This document shows, one piece after another, positions 1 through 7,282 of a stretch of DNA of 10,044 bases (the stretch's first letter is position 1; the number at the start of each line of letters is the position of its first letter). The stretch is from Bdellovibrionia bacterium (GTDB lineage Bacteria; Bdellovibrionota; UBA1018), in assembly GCA_049424145.1 (NCBI GenBank), contig JBMSSC010000099.1, forward strand, positions 1 through 10,044, given 5' to 3'. Under the pieces are notes generated by a model that was not told the origin of the DNA, made no database searches, and worked only from the letters and a program-made list of their open reading frames with translations. Made by a program: the position numbers and the translations under genes.

Positions 1-256
1 TTTCGACCCACTTGGTTTGCAGGTACCCGGCCTCTCGGTTGGAGATGTCCAAAGGGCTGTGCTTTAAGGCTTCTAAAGTAGCCTGCCAAGCAGTGTTCAT
101 GTCAGTCGTGTAGATTCGTTCAAAAACATTGGCGGTATCGCCTCCAATGCTCTGAACGTAGGACTTCAGGCAACCGCTCATGAGTGCAGGGATGAGGCAG
201 AGGATGAGAAGTTGAAGCTGATTTTGAAGTCGCATGCCGGCAGATGTGATGCTCAT
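1..256 (-). CDS. Lipoprotein, 3'-truncated by the window edge; possibly a BamC/NlpB-like or DUF3568-like helix-grip domain protein
   Basis: Manual translation from ATG at 256: MSITSAGMRLQNQLQLLILCLIPALMSGCLKSYVQSIGGDTANVFERIYTTDMNTAWQATLEALKHSPLDISNREAGYLQTKWVE, open to the edge. AGGAGA lies 4 nt upstream of the ATG. A hydrophobic stretch is followed by the lipobox-like LMSG|C. The segment 'AWQATLEAL...ISNREAGYLQTKW' resembles the BamC-type W..(a)..AL....I...DR..G.I.T.W pattern. Not in the ORF track. Confidence 0.8.
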   Translation of the reverse strand, partial: MSITSAGMRLQNQLQLLILCLIPALMSGCLKSYVQSIGGDTANVFERIYTTDMNTAWQATLEALKHSPLDISNREAGYLQTKWVE

Positions 257-332
257 GGGGTCTCCTTCAGGCATCCTTTGGGGTTTGAGAAACTAGTTGA
301 TCTCTTTGATTCTGACATGGGATGAAAAAGAA

Positions 333-1325
333 ATGAACGAAAAGCAGATGGTTTCGGAGATGATCCGGGTTCTTCGGATGGAGGCAGAGAGTCTACAGAG
401 CTGTGCCGCTCGAATTGAGGGGGCCCCAGAAGACTCGGGGCTCACTCGAGCGCTACAAATCTTCAGTTCAAGCCTCAGTACGGGGGGGAAGATTGTGGTC
501 ACTGGGGTGGGTAAATCGGGTAAAGTGGCCCAAAAAATAGCAGCAACCCTGTGTAGTACGGGAAGTCTTGCCGTCTTTCTTCACCCCACCGAAGGATTGC
601 ATGGGGATTTAGGCGTGATTCAGCCGGGAGACTCCATCTTAGCCCTCAGTTATACGGGCAATACAGAGGAAGTGGTTCGTCTGCTGCCGACGTTAAAAAA
701 CCGGGGAGTCTTAATCGTGGGATTAGGGGGAAATTCGAACTCCAAGTTAGCTGAAAGCTGCGATGCTTGGATTGATGCGAAGGTAGAGGCTGAGGCCTGC
801 CCTCATAACTTAGCGCCTACGACGAGCACAACGCTGGCCTTGGCGTTAGGCGATGCCTTGGCGGTGGCTCTGATGAGATTGAGGGGATTTGAGCCGAGTT
901 TATTTGCCAAAAATCATCCGGGTGGCTCACTCGGGCGTCGCCTTCATCTGCAGGTGAAAGACTTAATGCATAGCGTTGAAGCGGTCGCGGTTTTAGATGA
1001 GGCCGCACCCATGGATCAAATTGTTATGCTCTCCACTGAAAAGAAAATGGGGGCTGTCCTGATTGTTGAGTCTCAAAAGCTCATTGGAATTATTACGGAT
1101 GGGGATCTGAGGAGAGCCTTGAAGTTTCAGGATCGATTTTTTCAGTTCAAGGCCCGGGATGTGATGACTCAAAATCCCGTTACCATCCGAGCAGACGTGC
1201 CTGCTTCAGAAGCTCTGCACACGATGGAGAACCGTCCCAGTCCCATTAGTCTTCTCCCAGTGGTCAATGAGAATCAGAAGTGTTTGGGTTTAATTCGACT
1301 CCATGATCTGGTCCGAACCTTCTAG
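333..1325 (+). CDS. kdsD: KpsF/GutQ family arabinose-5-phosphate isomerase (SIS + 2 CBS domains)
   Basis: SIS motifs VVTGVGKSGKVAQKIAATLCSTG, HPTEGLHGDLG, EACPHNLAPTTST and NHPGGSLG; CBS pair (GIITDGDLRR, DVMTQNP, GLIRLHDL). I prefer ATG 333 to the track's TTG 297; ATG 348 is also possible. Confidence 0.93.
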   Translation: MNEKQMVSEMIRVLRMEAESLQSCAARIEGAPEDSGLTRALQIFSSSLSTGGKIVVTGVGKSGKVAQKIAATLCSTGSLAVFLHPTEGLHGDLGVIQPGDSILALSYTGNTEEVVRLLPTLKNRGVLIVGLGGNSNSKLAESCDAWIDAKVEAEACPHNLAPTTSTTLALALGDALAVALMRLRGFEPSLFAKNHPGGSLGRRLHLQVKDLMHSVEAVAVLDEAAPMDQIVMLSTEKKMGAVLIVESQKLIGIITDGDLRRALKFQDRFFQFKARDVMTQNPVTIRADVPASEALHTMENRPSPISLLPVVNENQKCLGLIRLHDLVRTF

Positions 1326-1349
1326 ACCAGTGGTGGGATGAAATTTGCA

Positions 1350-1378
1350 TTGCATCTCCGGTTTCATGGCATTACCAT
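1350..1378 (+). promoter_or_regulatory. Putative sigma70 promoter of the dsbA-like gene
   Basis: TTGCAT (1350-1355), 17 nt, TACCAT (1373-1378). A second -10-like TATACT lies at 1399-1404. SD GGAGG at 1434-1438 precedes GTG 1447. Confidence 0.55.
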
Positions 1379-1446
1379 GATGTCCAGAATCAGGTGTTTA
1401 TACTAATATTATTCTTCGCAATTCAGCGGAGGCGGAGGCACTAAGC

Positions 1447-2529
1447 GTGAGTCAATTCAAGGGTCAAAAAAAGTATATGTCATGGTTTGCTGGCGCTGGG
1501 GCCGCAGTAGCGGTCTTAGTTGTGGGAGTAACCGCTTGCTCAGATCAAGCGAAAGCCAAGCCTAACTTAGTGTTCAAGTCAGCTCCCAAAGATGGCGTGC
1601 TGGCTCGAATCGGAGATGAGGAAATTACCGAAGAAAAGCTGATCGGTGATGATAAGGTCGAGTTTTTTGATCTAAAAAAACGTGAATACGAAATGAAAAT
1701 GGATCGCATCAATAAGCTGATGATTGAAAAGCTGGTGGGTGCGGAGGCAAAAAAAGCCAATATGAGCCTGGATGAATTCGTGCTCAAGAAAGTCACTCAA
1801 GGCGAAATTAAGATTTCTGACAAAGAATTCAAACAATTTGTCATTGATCGCCATGTGCCTGAAAACCAGATTAATCCTCAAATTAAGGAAAGAATTACGG
1901 CTTACCTGCAAACGATGAAGAAGCAGGAAAAACTCACTGAGTATGTGGCTAAGCTCACGAAGAATAACCCAGTTGAGGTCTATTTTAATCGCCCCAAGAT
2001 GATGGTGGACGTGGCGGCTGGAAATGGTCCGACCTTTGGAAAAGCGGATGCAAAAGTCACCGTGGTGGAGTTCTCTGACTTTCAATGCCCCTTCTGTGCT
2101 CGAGCAGCTGATACAGTGACTCAGCTGAAGAAGAAGTATGGATCCCAAGTGAAAGTCACCTTCAGACAGTTTCCTCTGCCGATGCATAAAGATGCTCGCT
2201 TAGCATCCGAAGCCTCCATGTGCGTGAACGATCAGAGCTCCGATAAGTTCTGGAAGTTTCATGATCTGATCTTCAAGAACCAAGACAAGCTTGATCGCGC
2301 AAATCTTGAAAAATTTGCAAAAGACTCCGGAGCCGACTCGAAGAAGTTTGCCGAATGTTTAGATGGCAAGAAGTTTGCTGACTTCGTTCAAAAAGACCTT
2401 GAGTACGGCGAGAAAATCGGCGTGAAATCCACTCCCACTTTCTTCGTTAACGGAGAAATGGTCAGCGGTGCTCTTCCCATTGAGTCTTTCTCAGAAATCA
2501 TTGATGAACAGTTAGGTGCGAAGAAGTAA
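1447..2529 (+). CDS. Lipoprotein DsbA-family (Thioredoxin_4) thiol-disulfide oxidoreductase with an N-terminal helical SurA-N-like region
   Basis: GTG start with GGAGG 8 nt upstream; signal peptide with lipobox VTA|C; VVEFSDFQCPFC active site, FRQFPL, and GVKSTPTFFVNG cis-Pro loop. The N-terminal 'VLARIGDEEITEEKL' resembles SurA/PpiC N-domain starts. Confidence 0.9.
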   Translation: MSQFKGQKKYMSWFAGAGAAVAVLVVGVTACSDQAKAKPNLVFKSAPKDGVLARIGDEEITEEKLIGDDKVEFFDLKKREYEMKMDRINKLMIEKLVGAEAKKANMSLDEFVLKKVTQGEIKISDKEFKQFVIDRHVPENQINPQIKERITAYLQTMKKQEKLTEYVAKLTKNNPVEVYFNRPKMMVDVAAGNGPTFGKADAKVTVVEFSDFQCPFCARAADTVTQLKKKYGSQVKVTFRQFPLPMHKDARLASEASMCVNDQSSDKFWKFHDLIFKNQDKLDRANLEKFAKDSGADSKKFAECLDGKKFADFVQKDLEYGEKIGVKSTPTFFVNGEMVSGALPIESFSEIIDEQLGAKK

Positions 2530-2568
2530 TTCGTCGATCGATTGAATGGGATCTGACACAGATCCAGG

Positions 2569-2602
2569 AAAAACCCCAGGCATCACCCTGGGGTTTTTTT
2601 TT
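2569..2602. terminator. Bidirectional intrinsic terminator between the convergent dsbA-like and cupin genes
   Basis: AAAAACCCCAGG-catcac-CCTGGGGTTTTT followed by more T (T9 run on +, T5 on -). Confidence 0.9.
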
Positions 2603-2623
2603 GGTCAAAGTCTTCATTTTTAC

Positions 2624-3196
2624 TCAGTCGGCTGAGCCCTCAGATGCGTTTTCATCGAGATGAAGGTGGTCTTGAGTCTCATAATCAAAGTTGAACTCCA
2701 CGTTCCAATGAGTCCCTCGAGACCGATCATCCATCAGGATATGGAGCGTTAAGCCCTCCTGGTCGCTGGCCACGAGGCGATGAATGGTTCCCGCCGGAAC
2801 AGAGATCTCATCGCCCGAGCTAAAAACTCGAATGTGCCAGGTTTTACCCTGATTAGTTGACAGCCAAAAGAGTCCTGAACCACTGGAAACATGAAACGTT
2901 TCGTCGATGTCGTGGGTGTGGGGCCCTAGGTACTCGCCGCGTCCGAATCGAATGATCCGCGATGGGACTCCCTGATGGTGGGTGATGGCATCCCAGAATC
3001 CGGCTCCGCTTTGCGTCTTGCCTTTGCGGGTGAGGTCTGCTTCTTGGAAAGTGTAGCCGGCGTCCAGTAAGGCTTCCTGAGCCTCCTGCTTGCTTGATGG
3101 TCTTGAGGCTGGGCGATAGCCTGCAGAGGCGTGAGGGGGGGTAAAAGCCAAGTGAAACAGCAGAGCAATTGTTAAAACGCGGGTCGATAATTTCAT
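2624..3196 (-). CDS. Exported cupin-domain protein
   Basis: Signal peptide MKLSTRVLTIALLFHLAFTPPHASA. Cupin motif 1 G-x5-HxH-x3-E-x6-G (GEYLGPHTHDIDETFHVSSG) and motif 2 G-x5-PxG-x2-H (GDEISVPAGTIH). Confidence 0.85.
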   Translation of the reverse strand: MKLSTRVLTIALLFHLAFTPPHASAGYRPASRPSSKQEAQEALLDAGYTFQEADLTRKGKTQSGAGFWDAITHHQGVPSRIIRFGRGEYLGPHTHDIDETFHVSSGSGLFWLSTNQGKTWHIRVFSSGDEISVPAGTIHRLVASDQEGLTLHILMDDRSRGTHWNVEFNFDYETQDHLHLDENASEGSAD

Positions 3197-3259
3197 AAAA
3201 ATCTTTCTATGGGTTAAGGTGGATGGTTAAAATATTCTGATCCAATTAAAATTAAGATA

Positions 3260-3287
3260 ATAATAAGATTAAGTGAATCAATATCAA
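3260..3287 (-). promoter_or_regulatory. Possible sigma70 promoter of the cupin gene in an AT-rich tract
   Basis: Minus strand TTGATA (3287-3282), 16 nt, TATTAT (3265-3260). The AT-rich region ~3225-3285 allows alternative placements. Confidence 0.35.
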
Positions 3288-3444
3288 CCGAGGGGAGTTA
3301 AGACGGAGTCAAAATGCGAAGGGTGTGAACCTCGAGCGGTGAGGGGCTCTCCATGAGGGCACGAATCCTGCTTGCGGGAAAGTGAAGATTGAGATTCAGA
3401 GTCGGGTCAAAAGGGGAGAAAAAAATCCTAAAAACGCATCTGAT

Positions 3445-5073
3445 TTAGCCGAGATCGAGCTTGCCTAGTTTGACCCCTTTTTTTGTTTTCCATTGAAGAA
3501 TCACGCTTTGGCCTTGGGATCCACTGAGGATGCGTCGAACCTCCCACAGGTCCAGCTCTTCCACCGGTTTGGAGTTGATCTGAGTGATTCTTGAGCCCAC
3601 GGCGAGGTTTTCCCGGAGTAAAGCTGCGGCTTTTGAGCGGGGAGTGATGCGTCTTACTTTGAGGATCCTCTCTCCGTCTTCTAAGATAAACTCCACTTCC
3701 AGCCCCGAGGACACGGGCTTGAATTTTTTTGAGGACTCCTGCGGCGTCCAGAGTCGTCCATGAGGCAAGTCTAAGATGAAGTCTCCAGTGAAGCTCAATC
3801 CCTGGAGTTCGGTCTCACTGATCTCTTGCCAAGTGTACGCTTGGGGAGCGCGGTAGTGGTGAATGGGCCAGATTCTGACCTCAGCAGGGGAGGAGGATTG
3901 AAATTCAATCGGGTAGCGCCTTAAAAAGTCAATTCCCAAAACCCCATCACAGCAATGCCCAAGGCTTTCAGGCGGGGCAAAAAACTCAGTCTCCTTCAGT
4001 AAAAAGCGATGAATGGGCAGGGCTAAACCACTGACGGAGGCTGACTCAATGCGGGCTTCGGGAGCTAAAGCCCCTTGGCCGGGCCAGGGTCCGCTCCAGG
4101 TGATTCGTTGAGCAGGAGCCCCGCTGACGAGTACCCAAAGGGGGTAGATACCTTGAGACTCGAGCCATTCGGGTGAAATCACGCTGAACTGGGCTTTGGG
4201 GTCGAGCAGAAAGCGGCCGTTTAAAGTCTTCCCTGAAATCCTCATGCTCACTCGAACGGTATAGAATCCATCCCAAAGTCGGGCCGGGGCGCGTGCCAGC
4301 AGTTGGGTGATCGCAGGAGGGTCTTGGGAGGGAGGCTCTAAAAGCAATTCCCAGCGGGGACTCTGGGCAGAGGCAGGGGTTTTAGTCTTCTTCGGGCAGT
4401 GTCCTGCTGCTTTGGCCTCACTGAGGTAAAAGCGCCATTCCTCGTTTCTGACCGAGGTTTGGACTGCGTTTCTCCACTCCCGTTCCACGTCACTGAGCCA
4501 GGTGCGAAAGACTCGCTCCGCTTGATCCAAAGCGGAAGCTTCGGTCTTCTCTGAAAGACGATTGAATAAAAAGAGCAGCTGGTCCTTTTTCTGGTCGAGC
4601 AACTCTTGCCATACACGGCTTGCTTCCGCAGCCGCTCTTTTGGAACCTTCGTCGGTGGCAAACCAGGCGTCTGCCTGCGGTTGGCAAGAGAACTGCTCCC
4701 ACGGCTGATACCAGAGGCCAGGGGCACGCACATAGCCCTGCAGCGAGCAAAGCAGTCCCTGAGCGGAGACTCCAAAACGTCCATTTTTTTGAGCCAGCGC
4801 TTGAAGTCCTGCAAGATTCACCTTGCGGCTTAAAATCCACCTTTGGCGATGAGGGTCGATCTGGAGGGGGTCGATTTCTGTCACCAGTTCTGTGCTTAAC
4901 GGCTGGGTCATGAGCTGATAGGAGGATTGAATGGAAAGCTCCAGGGGTCGAGCCTGGGCGCTTTGAGCGAAAGCCTTTGGGCTGAACTGGGATCCTAGGC
5001 TCATGAGGGGGAGCAAGAGCAGGGGGAATAACCGGGGGGGGCTTCTGAACGAGAACGGGGTCTTTTGTTTCAT
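3445..5073 (-). CDS. Exported protein with an unknown N-domain, a retropepsin-like (aspartyl protease) domain with degenerate active site, and a C-terminal PDZ domain
   Basis: Signal peptide ending KAFA. Retropepsin-like hallmarks 'VRVSMRISGKTLNGRFLLDPKAQFSVIS' and 'DGVLGIDFLRRYPIEF'. PDZ 'SGLEVEF...LKVRRITPRSKAA...LAVGSRITQINSKPV'. ATG at 5073 forms an ATGA overlap with the hflX stop, so it is preferred over the track's TTG 5079. Confidence 0.75.
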   Translation of the reverse strand: MKQKTPFSFRSPPRLFPLLLLPLMSLGSQFSPKAFAQSAQARPLELSIQSSYQLMTQPLSTELVTEIDPLQIDPHRQRWILSRKVNLAGLQALAQKNGRFGVSAQGLLCSLQGYVRAPGLWYQPWEQFSCQPQADAWFATDEGSKRAAAEASRVWQELLDQKKDQLLFLFNRLSEKTEASALDQAERVFRTWLSDVEREWRNAVQTSVRNEEWRFYLSEAKAAGHCPKKTKTPASAQSPRWELLLEPPSQDPPAITQLLARAPARLWDGFYTVRVSMRISGKTLNGRFLLDPKAQFSVISPEWLESQGIYPLWVLVSGAPAQRITWSGPWPGQGALAPEARIESASVSGLALPIHRFLLKETEFFAPPESLGHCCDGVLGIDFLRRYPIEFQSSSPAEVRIWPIHHYRAPQAYTWQEISETELQGLSFTGDFILDLPHGRLWTPQESSKKFKPVSSGLEVEFILEDGERILKVRRITPRSKAAALLRENLAVGSRITQINSKPVEELDLWEVRRILSGSQGQSVILQWKTKKGVKLGKLDLG

Positions 5074-6335
5074 GGGCAAAACCTTTTGAGTCCTAGTTTT
5101 TTAGCTTGAGTTCCTTCGATCTTGAGTCGGTAAAAAGTCCCTTTTTCTAGGTGGCGGGACACCTCAACACAGCCTAAGGCATGAATTTGAGCTTCGAGTT
5201 TACTTTCACTGTAAGGGATGAGGACTTCCCAGGTTTCCAGATCCTTTTTAAACTGGTTGAGGATCAGCTCTCTGAGTTTTTTCACGTCTTTGGGGTTTAA
5301 TGCGGAGATTGCCTGCGCTCCGGGAGCAATCACCTTCAGTCGGTTTCGGCTGGCTCCCTCAGGGACTCGATCGACCTTATTTAAAACCGTGATCCTTGGC
5401 TTCATCTCCAGTTGGAGTTCCTCTAAGACTTTCTCGGTCACCTGAAATTGCTCAAACGCTTGAGGATGACTGGCATCGACGACATGGACTAAGAAATCGG
5501 CCTCCTGGACCTCTTCCAAAGTGGAGCGAAACGAAGCCACCAGCGAATGGGGAAGGTTACTGATGAAGCCCACCGTATCGATGGCGACCACCGGTGGGTG
5601 ACAATTGGGGTCCAGGGAGCGAATGCTAGCATCCAGCGTGGCAAAGAGTTTGTTCTCCGCTCTTACGCTGCTTTGCGTTAGAGCGTTCAGTAGGGTAGAT
5701 TTTCCAGCGTTGGTGTACCCCACTAGAGCAACTTTTAAGACGTTCTTTCTTCCAGCTCGTTGGACTTTTCTTTCTTGCTCGATGTCCTTGAGGCGAGAGC
5801 GAAGCACCGTGATGCGCTGTTTGACGAGTCTTCGGTCCACTTCAATTTGTTTTTCACCCATCCCGCGACTCGCTGTGCCTCCCCCGCGTTGTCGCTCAAA
5901 GTGGTTCCAAAAATGTGTGAGCCGCGGAAGTAAGTACTGTAGGCGAGCGAGCGCCACTTGCGTTTTAGATTCCTTGGTTCGAGCATGTTTTGAGAAAATC
6001 TCCAAGATCACACCCGGTCGATCAAGCAGGGGAATTTTAAGTTCCTTTTCTAAATTCCTCAGTTGATTGGGGGAGAGCTCAACATCAAAAATCACAGCCT
6101 TCGCTTGGGTTTCTTCGACCGTTTTTTTGACTTCCTCGATCTTTCCTTTGCCGACATAGGTAGCCGGGTGAATGGTCTTTGAGTGCACATGAATCTGAGT
6201 CGATGGGTTCACTCCTAAGGTGGTCAAAAGCTGGCAAAGTTCGTCTAGGGAATGGGGGTCCCATCCGACGCAAACCACAAGGGGCTCGCCTTTTTCGTGA
6301 AAAATCGGTAACAGTGACTCAGTTGATTCGAGCAT
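5070..6335 (-). CDS. hflX: GTPase HflX
   Basis: HflX N-domain (ATYVGKGK, ELSPNQLRNLE, ILEIFSKHARTKESKTQVALARLQYLLPRL, RGMGEKQIEVDRR); G1 GYTNAGKST, G2 ENKLFATLD, G3 DTVG, G4 NKVD. Confidence 0.97.
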   Translation of the reverse strand: MLESTESLLPIFHEKGEPLVVCVGWDPHSLDELCQLLTTLGVNPSTQIHVHSKTIHPATYVGKGKIEEVKKTVEETQAKAVIFDVELSPNQLRNLEKELKIPLLDRPGVILEIFSKHARTKESKTQVALARLQYLLPRLTHFWNHFERQRGGGTASRGMGEKQIEVDRRLVKQRITVLRSRLKDIEQERKVQRAGRKNVLKVALVGYTNAGKSTLLNALTQSSVRAENKLFATLDASIRSLDPNCHPPVVAIDTVGFISNLPHSLVASFRSTLEEVQEADFLVHVVDASHPQAFEQFQVTEKVLEELQLEMKPRITVLNKVDRVPEGASRNRLKVIAPGAQAISALNPKDVKKLRELILNQFKKDLETWEVLIPYSESKLEAQIHALGCVEVSRHLEKGTFYRLKIEGTQAKKLGLKRFCP

Positions 6336-6351
6336 GAGTTCAGCTTATAAC
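6323..6351 (+). promoter_or_regulatory. Putative sigma70 promoter giving a leaderless aminotransferase-suhB transcript
   Basis: TTGATT (6323-6328), 17 nt, TATAAC (6346-6351), 7 nt, ATG 6359; no SD sequence. Confidence 0.55.
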
Positions 6352-6358
6352 TCTAATT

Positions 6359-7282
6359 ATGCAAAACGCGACTATAAATGTGAATGGAAAGATTTTCTCA
6401 ATCGATCCCAGCTCGGCTGAGGCATCCGAGAGGGTCTCCGTTTTTGATCGCGGGTATCTGTATGGTGATAGTCTCTATGAAGTGGTGCGGACGTATCATC
6501 AGAAATTTTATCTTTTAGATGATCATTTAAAAAGACTGAAAAACTCGGCAAATCTTGCGCGGATGACGCTGCCGCAGGGGTTTGAAGATACGTTACTTCA
6601 TGAAATTCATCGGACTCATGCGGCATTTTTAAAGGTTCCTAAAAACGCAAATCAAGAGGCTTACCTTCGGGTGATCGTGAGTCGAGGTGTCGGAAAAATC
6701 GGGTTTTCTCTCAAAAACCTGCAATCTTCTCCTTTGTTTATGATTCTGATTCAGCCCCTGGAGCAGCCCAGTGCACAGCAGTTTGAGCAGGGGATGAAGG
6801 TGCAAATTTCCTCTCGACTGAGAAATCATCCTCGCGCCCTGGATCCTGCGATGAAGTCCGGAAACTACCTAAACAGCGTGCTGGCTTTCTTAGACGCCCA
6901 AGAGGCGGGCTATGACGACGCCTTGCTTTGCAATTCAGAGGGGTTTCTCACTGAGGGAACCACGTTTAATTTGTTTTACGTGAGGCGGGGGATTCTGGCG
7001 ACTCCTCCTCTTCCCATTGGGATCTTAGAGGGAATCACGCGAGCTCAAGTCTTGAGGCTTGCTGACAGTCTGGGGATCCCGTTTCGTGAAGTGTACTTTA
7101 AGCCAGAGCAGCTGTTGGTCGCCGATGAGGTTTTTCTCTCCAGCTCGATTCGTGAGGTCTTTCCCATCAGTCAGGTGGGTGAGAAAAAAATAGCTCAAAG
7201 AGGAGTGGGGTCTGTGACTCGGCGTCTGAGTGAAGCCTACAGGCTAAAAGCTCTTCAAACGAGCGAAAGGATGAAGTCGTGA
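6359..7282 (+). CDS. PLP-dependent class IV aminotransferase (D-amino-acid / branched-chain aminotransferase / ADC-lyase family)
   Basis: DRGYLYGDSLYE, HLKRL, catalytic Lys in AMKSGNYL, EGTTFNLF, ILEGITR, ADEVFLSSS. Confidence 0.92.
   Translation: MQNATINVNGKIFSIDPSSAEASERVSVFDRGYLYGDSLYEVVRTYHQKFYLLDDHLKRLKNSANLARMTLPQGFEDTLLHEIHRTHAAFLKVPKNANQEAYLRVIVSRGVGKIGFSLKNLQSSPLFMILIQPLEQPSAQQFEQGMKVQISSRLRNHPRALDPAMKSGNYLNSVLAFLDAQEAGYDDALLCNSEGFLTEGTTFNLFYVRRGILATPPLPIGILEGITRAQVLRLADSLGIPFREVYFKPEQLLVADEVFLSSSIREVFPISQVGEKKIAQRGVGSVTRRLSEAYRLKALQTSERMKS

Noticed and set aside
297..332. TTG start for kdsD given by the ORF track
   Set aside because: No SD, leaves only 40 bp to the divergent gene, and the extension looks non-homologous; ATG 333 or 348 is more plausible.
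1545..2187. Antisense ORFs (83 and 171 aa) within the dsbA-like gene, and similar ones within kdsD, hflX, the aminotransferase, the 8155 gene and the last ORF
   Set aside because: Typical antisense or alternative-frame shadows of well-supported genes.
3290..3444. Intergenic tract with short repeats (GTCAAAA twice, AGGGGAG twice), weak hairpins, and 'AGGGGAGTTA' resembling a yybP-ykoY start
   Set aside because: Only 4-5 bp stems, no full riboswitch consensus, and the wrong orientation for the cupin gene.
4046..4913. Five alternative-frame or antisense ORFs inside the PDZ gene
   Set aside because: Shadow ORFs with Arg/Ser/Pro-rich composition and no motifs; the main frame is intact, so no frameshift needs to be invoked.
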